64,000 nucleotides of DNA, from contig NMRA01000052.1 in the NCBI GenBank assembly GCA_002633005.1, positions 1,208,708 to 1,272,707 on the forward strand. Direction: 5' to 3'. The stretch is from Phoronis australis (lineage: Eukaryota > Animalia > Phoronida). The notes beneath the pieces were generated by a model that was not told the DNA's origin, searched no databases, and was given only the letters and a program-made list of their open reading frames with translations. The translations under genes were made by a program, and so were the position numbers. Positions 63,931 through 64,000 of the stretch are shown here, piece by piece (positions within the stretch are counted from its first letter, which is position 1; every line of letters starts with the position of its first letter).

Positions 63931-64000
63931 ATTTGTTGAATACACGACACTTTTCATTTTTCACGGTCTTTATTCCGTTGCGTTCATACTTTCTGAACAA

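Noticed and set aside
63700-64000. ORFs with YIHT/MYVC repeats
   Set aside because: Translations of the (TACA)n microsatellite.

Overview
Intron-rich, repeat-rich genomic DNA from an animal, most likely a bilaterian invertebrate (draft assembly with N gaps). It is not prokaryotic, so most short ORFs in the track are noise. Four spliced protein genes were reconstructed by hand using GT-AG phases: the last three exons of a fibrinogen-related (FReD) gene (+, with a possible splice lesion); ESF1 (-, 13 coding exons, 800 aa); GCC1 golgin (+, 10 coding exons, 720 aa), head-to-head with ESF1; and a secreted protein made only of three fibronectin type II domains (-, 4 exons, 209 aa). A candidate secreted 8-Cys peptide ORF lies nearby. 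The rest is nested mobile DNA: Penelope-like retroelement ends carrying minimal hammerhead ribozymes (one insertion is an inverted pair with a 12-bp TSD), Helentron-associated HINE/DINE-1-like elements with CTCF-consensus motifs in their internal repeats, two Kolobok remnants, hAT-type elements with 5-bp TSDs, EnSpm-like, pogo-like and Harbinger-like MITEs, SINEs, a probable solo LTR and several minisatellites, one built from a GCC1 exon-intron junction. All family assignments rest on motif recognition by eye, not on database searches.
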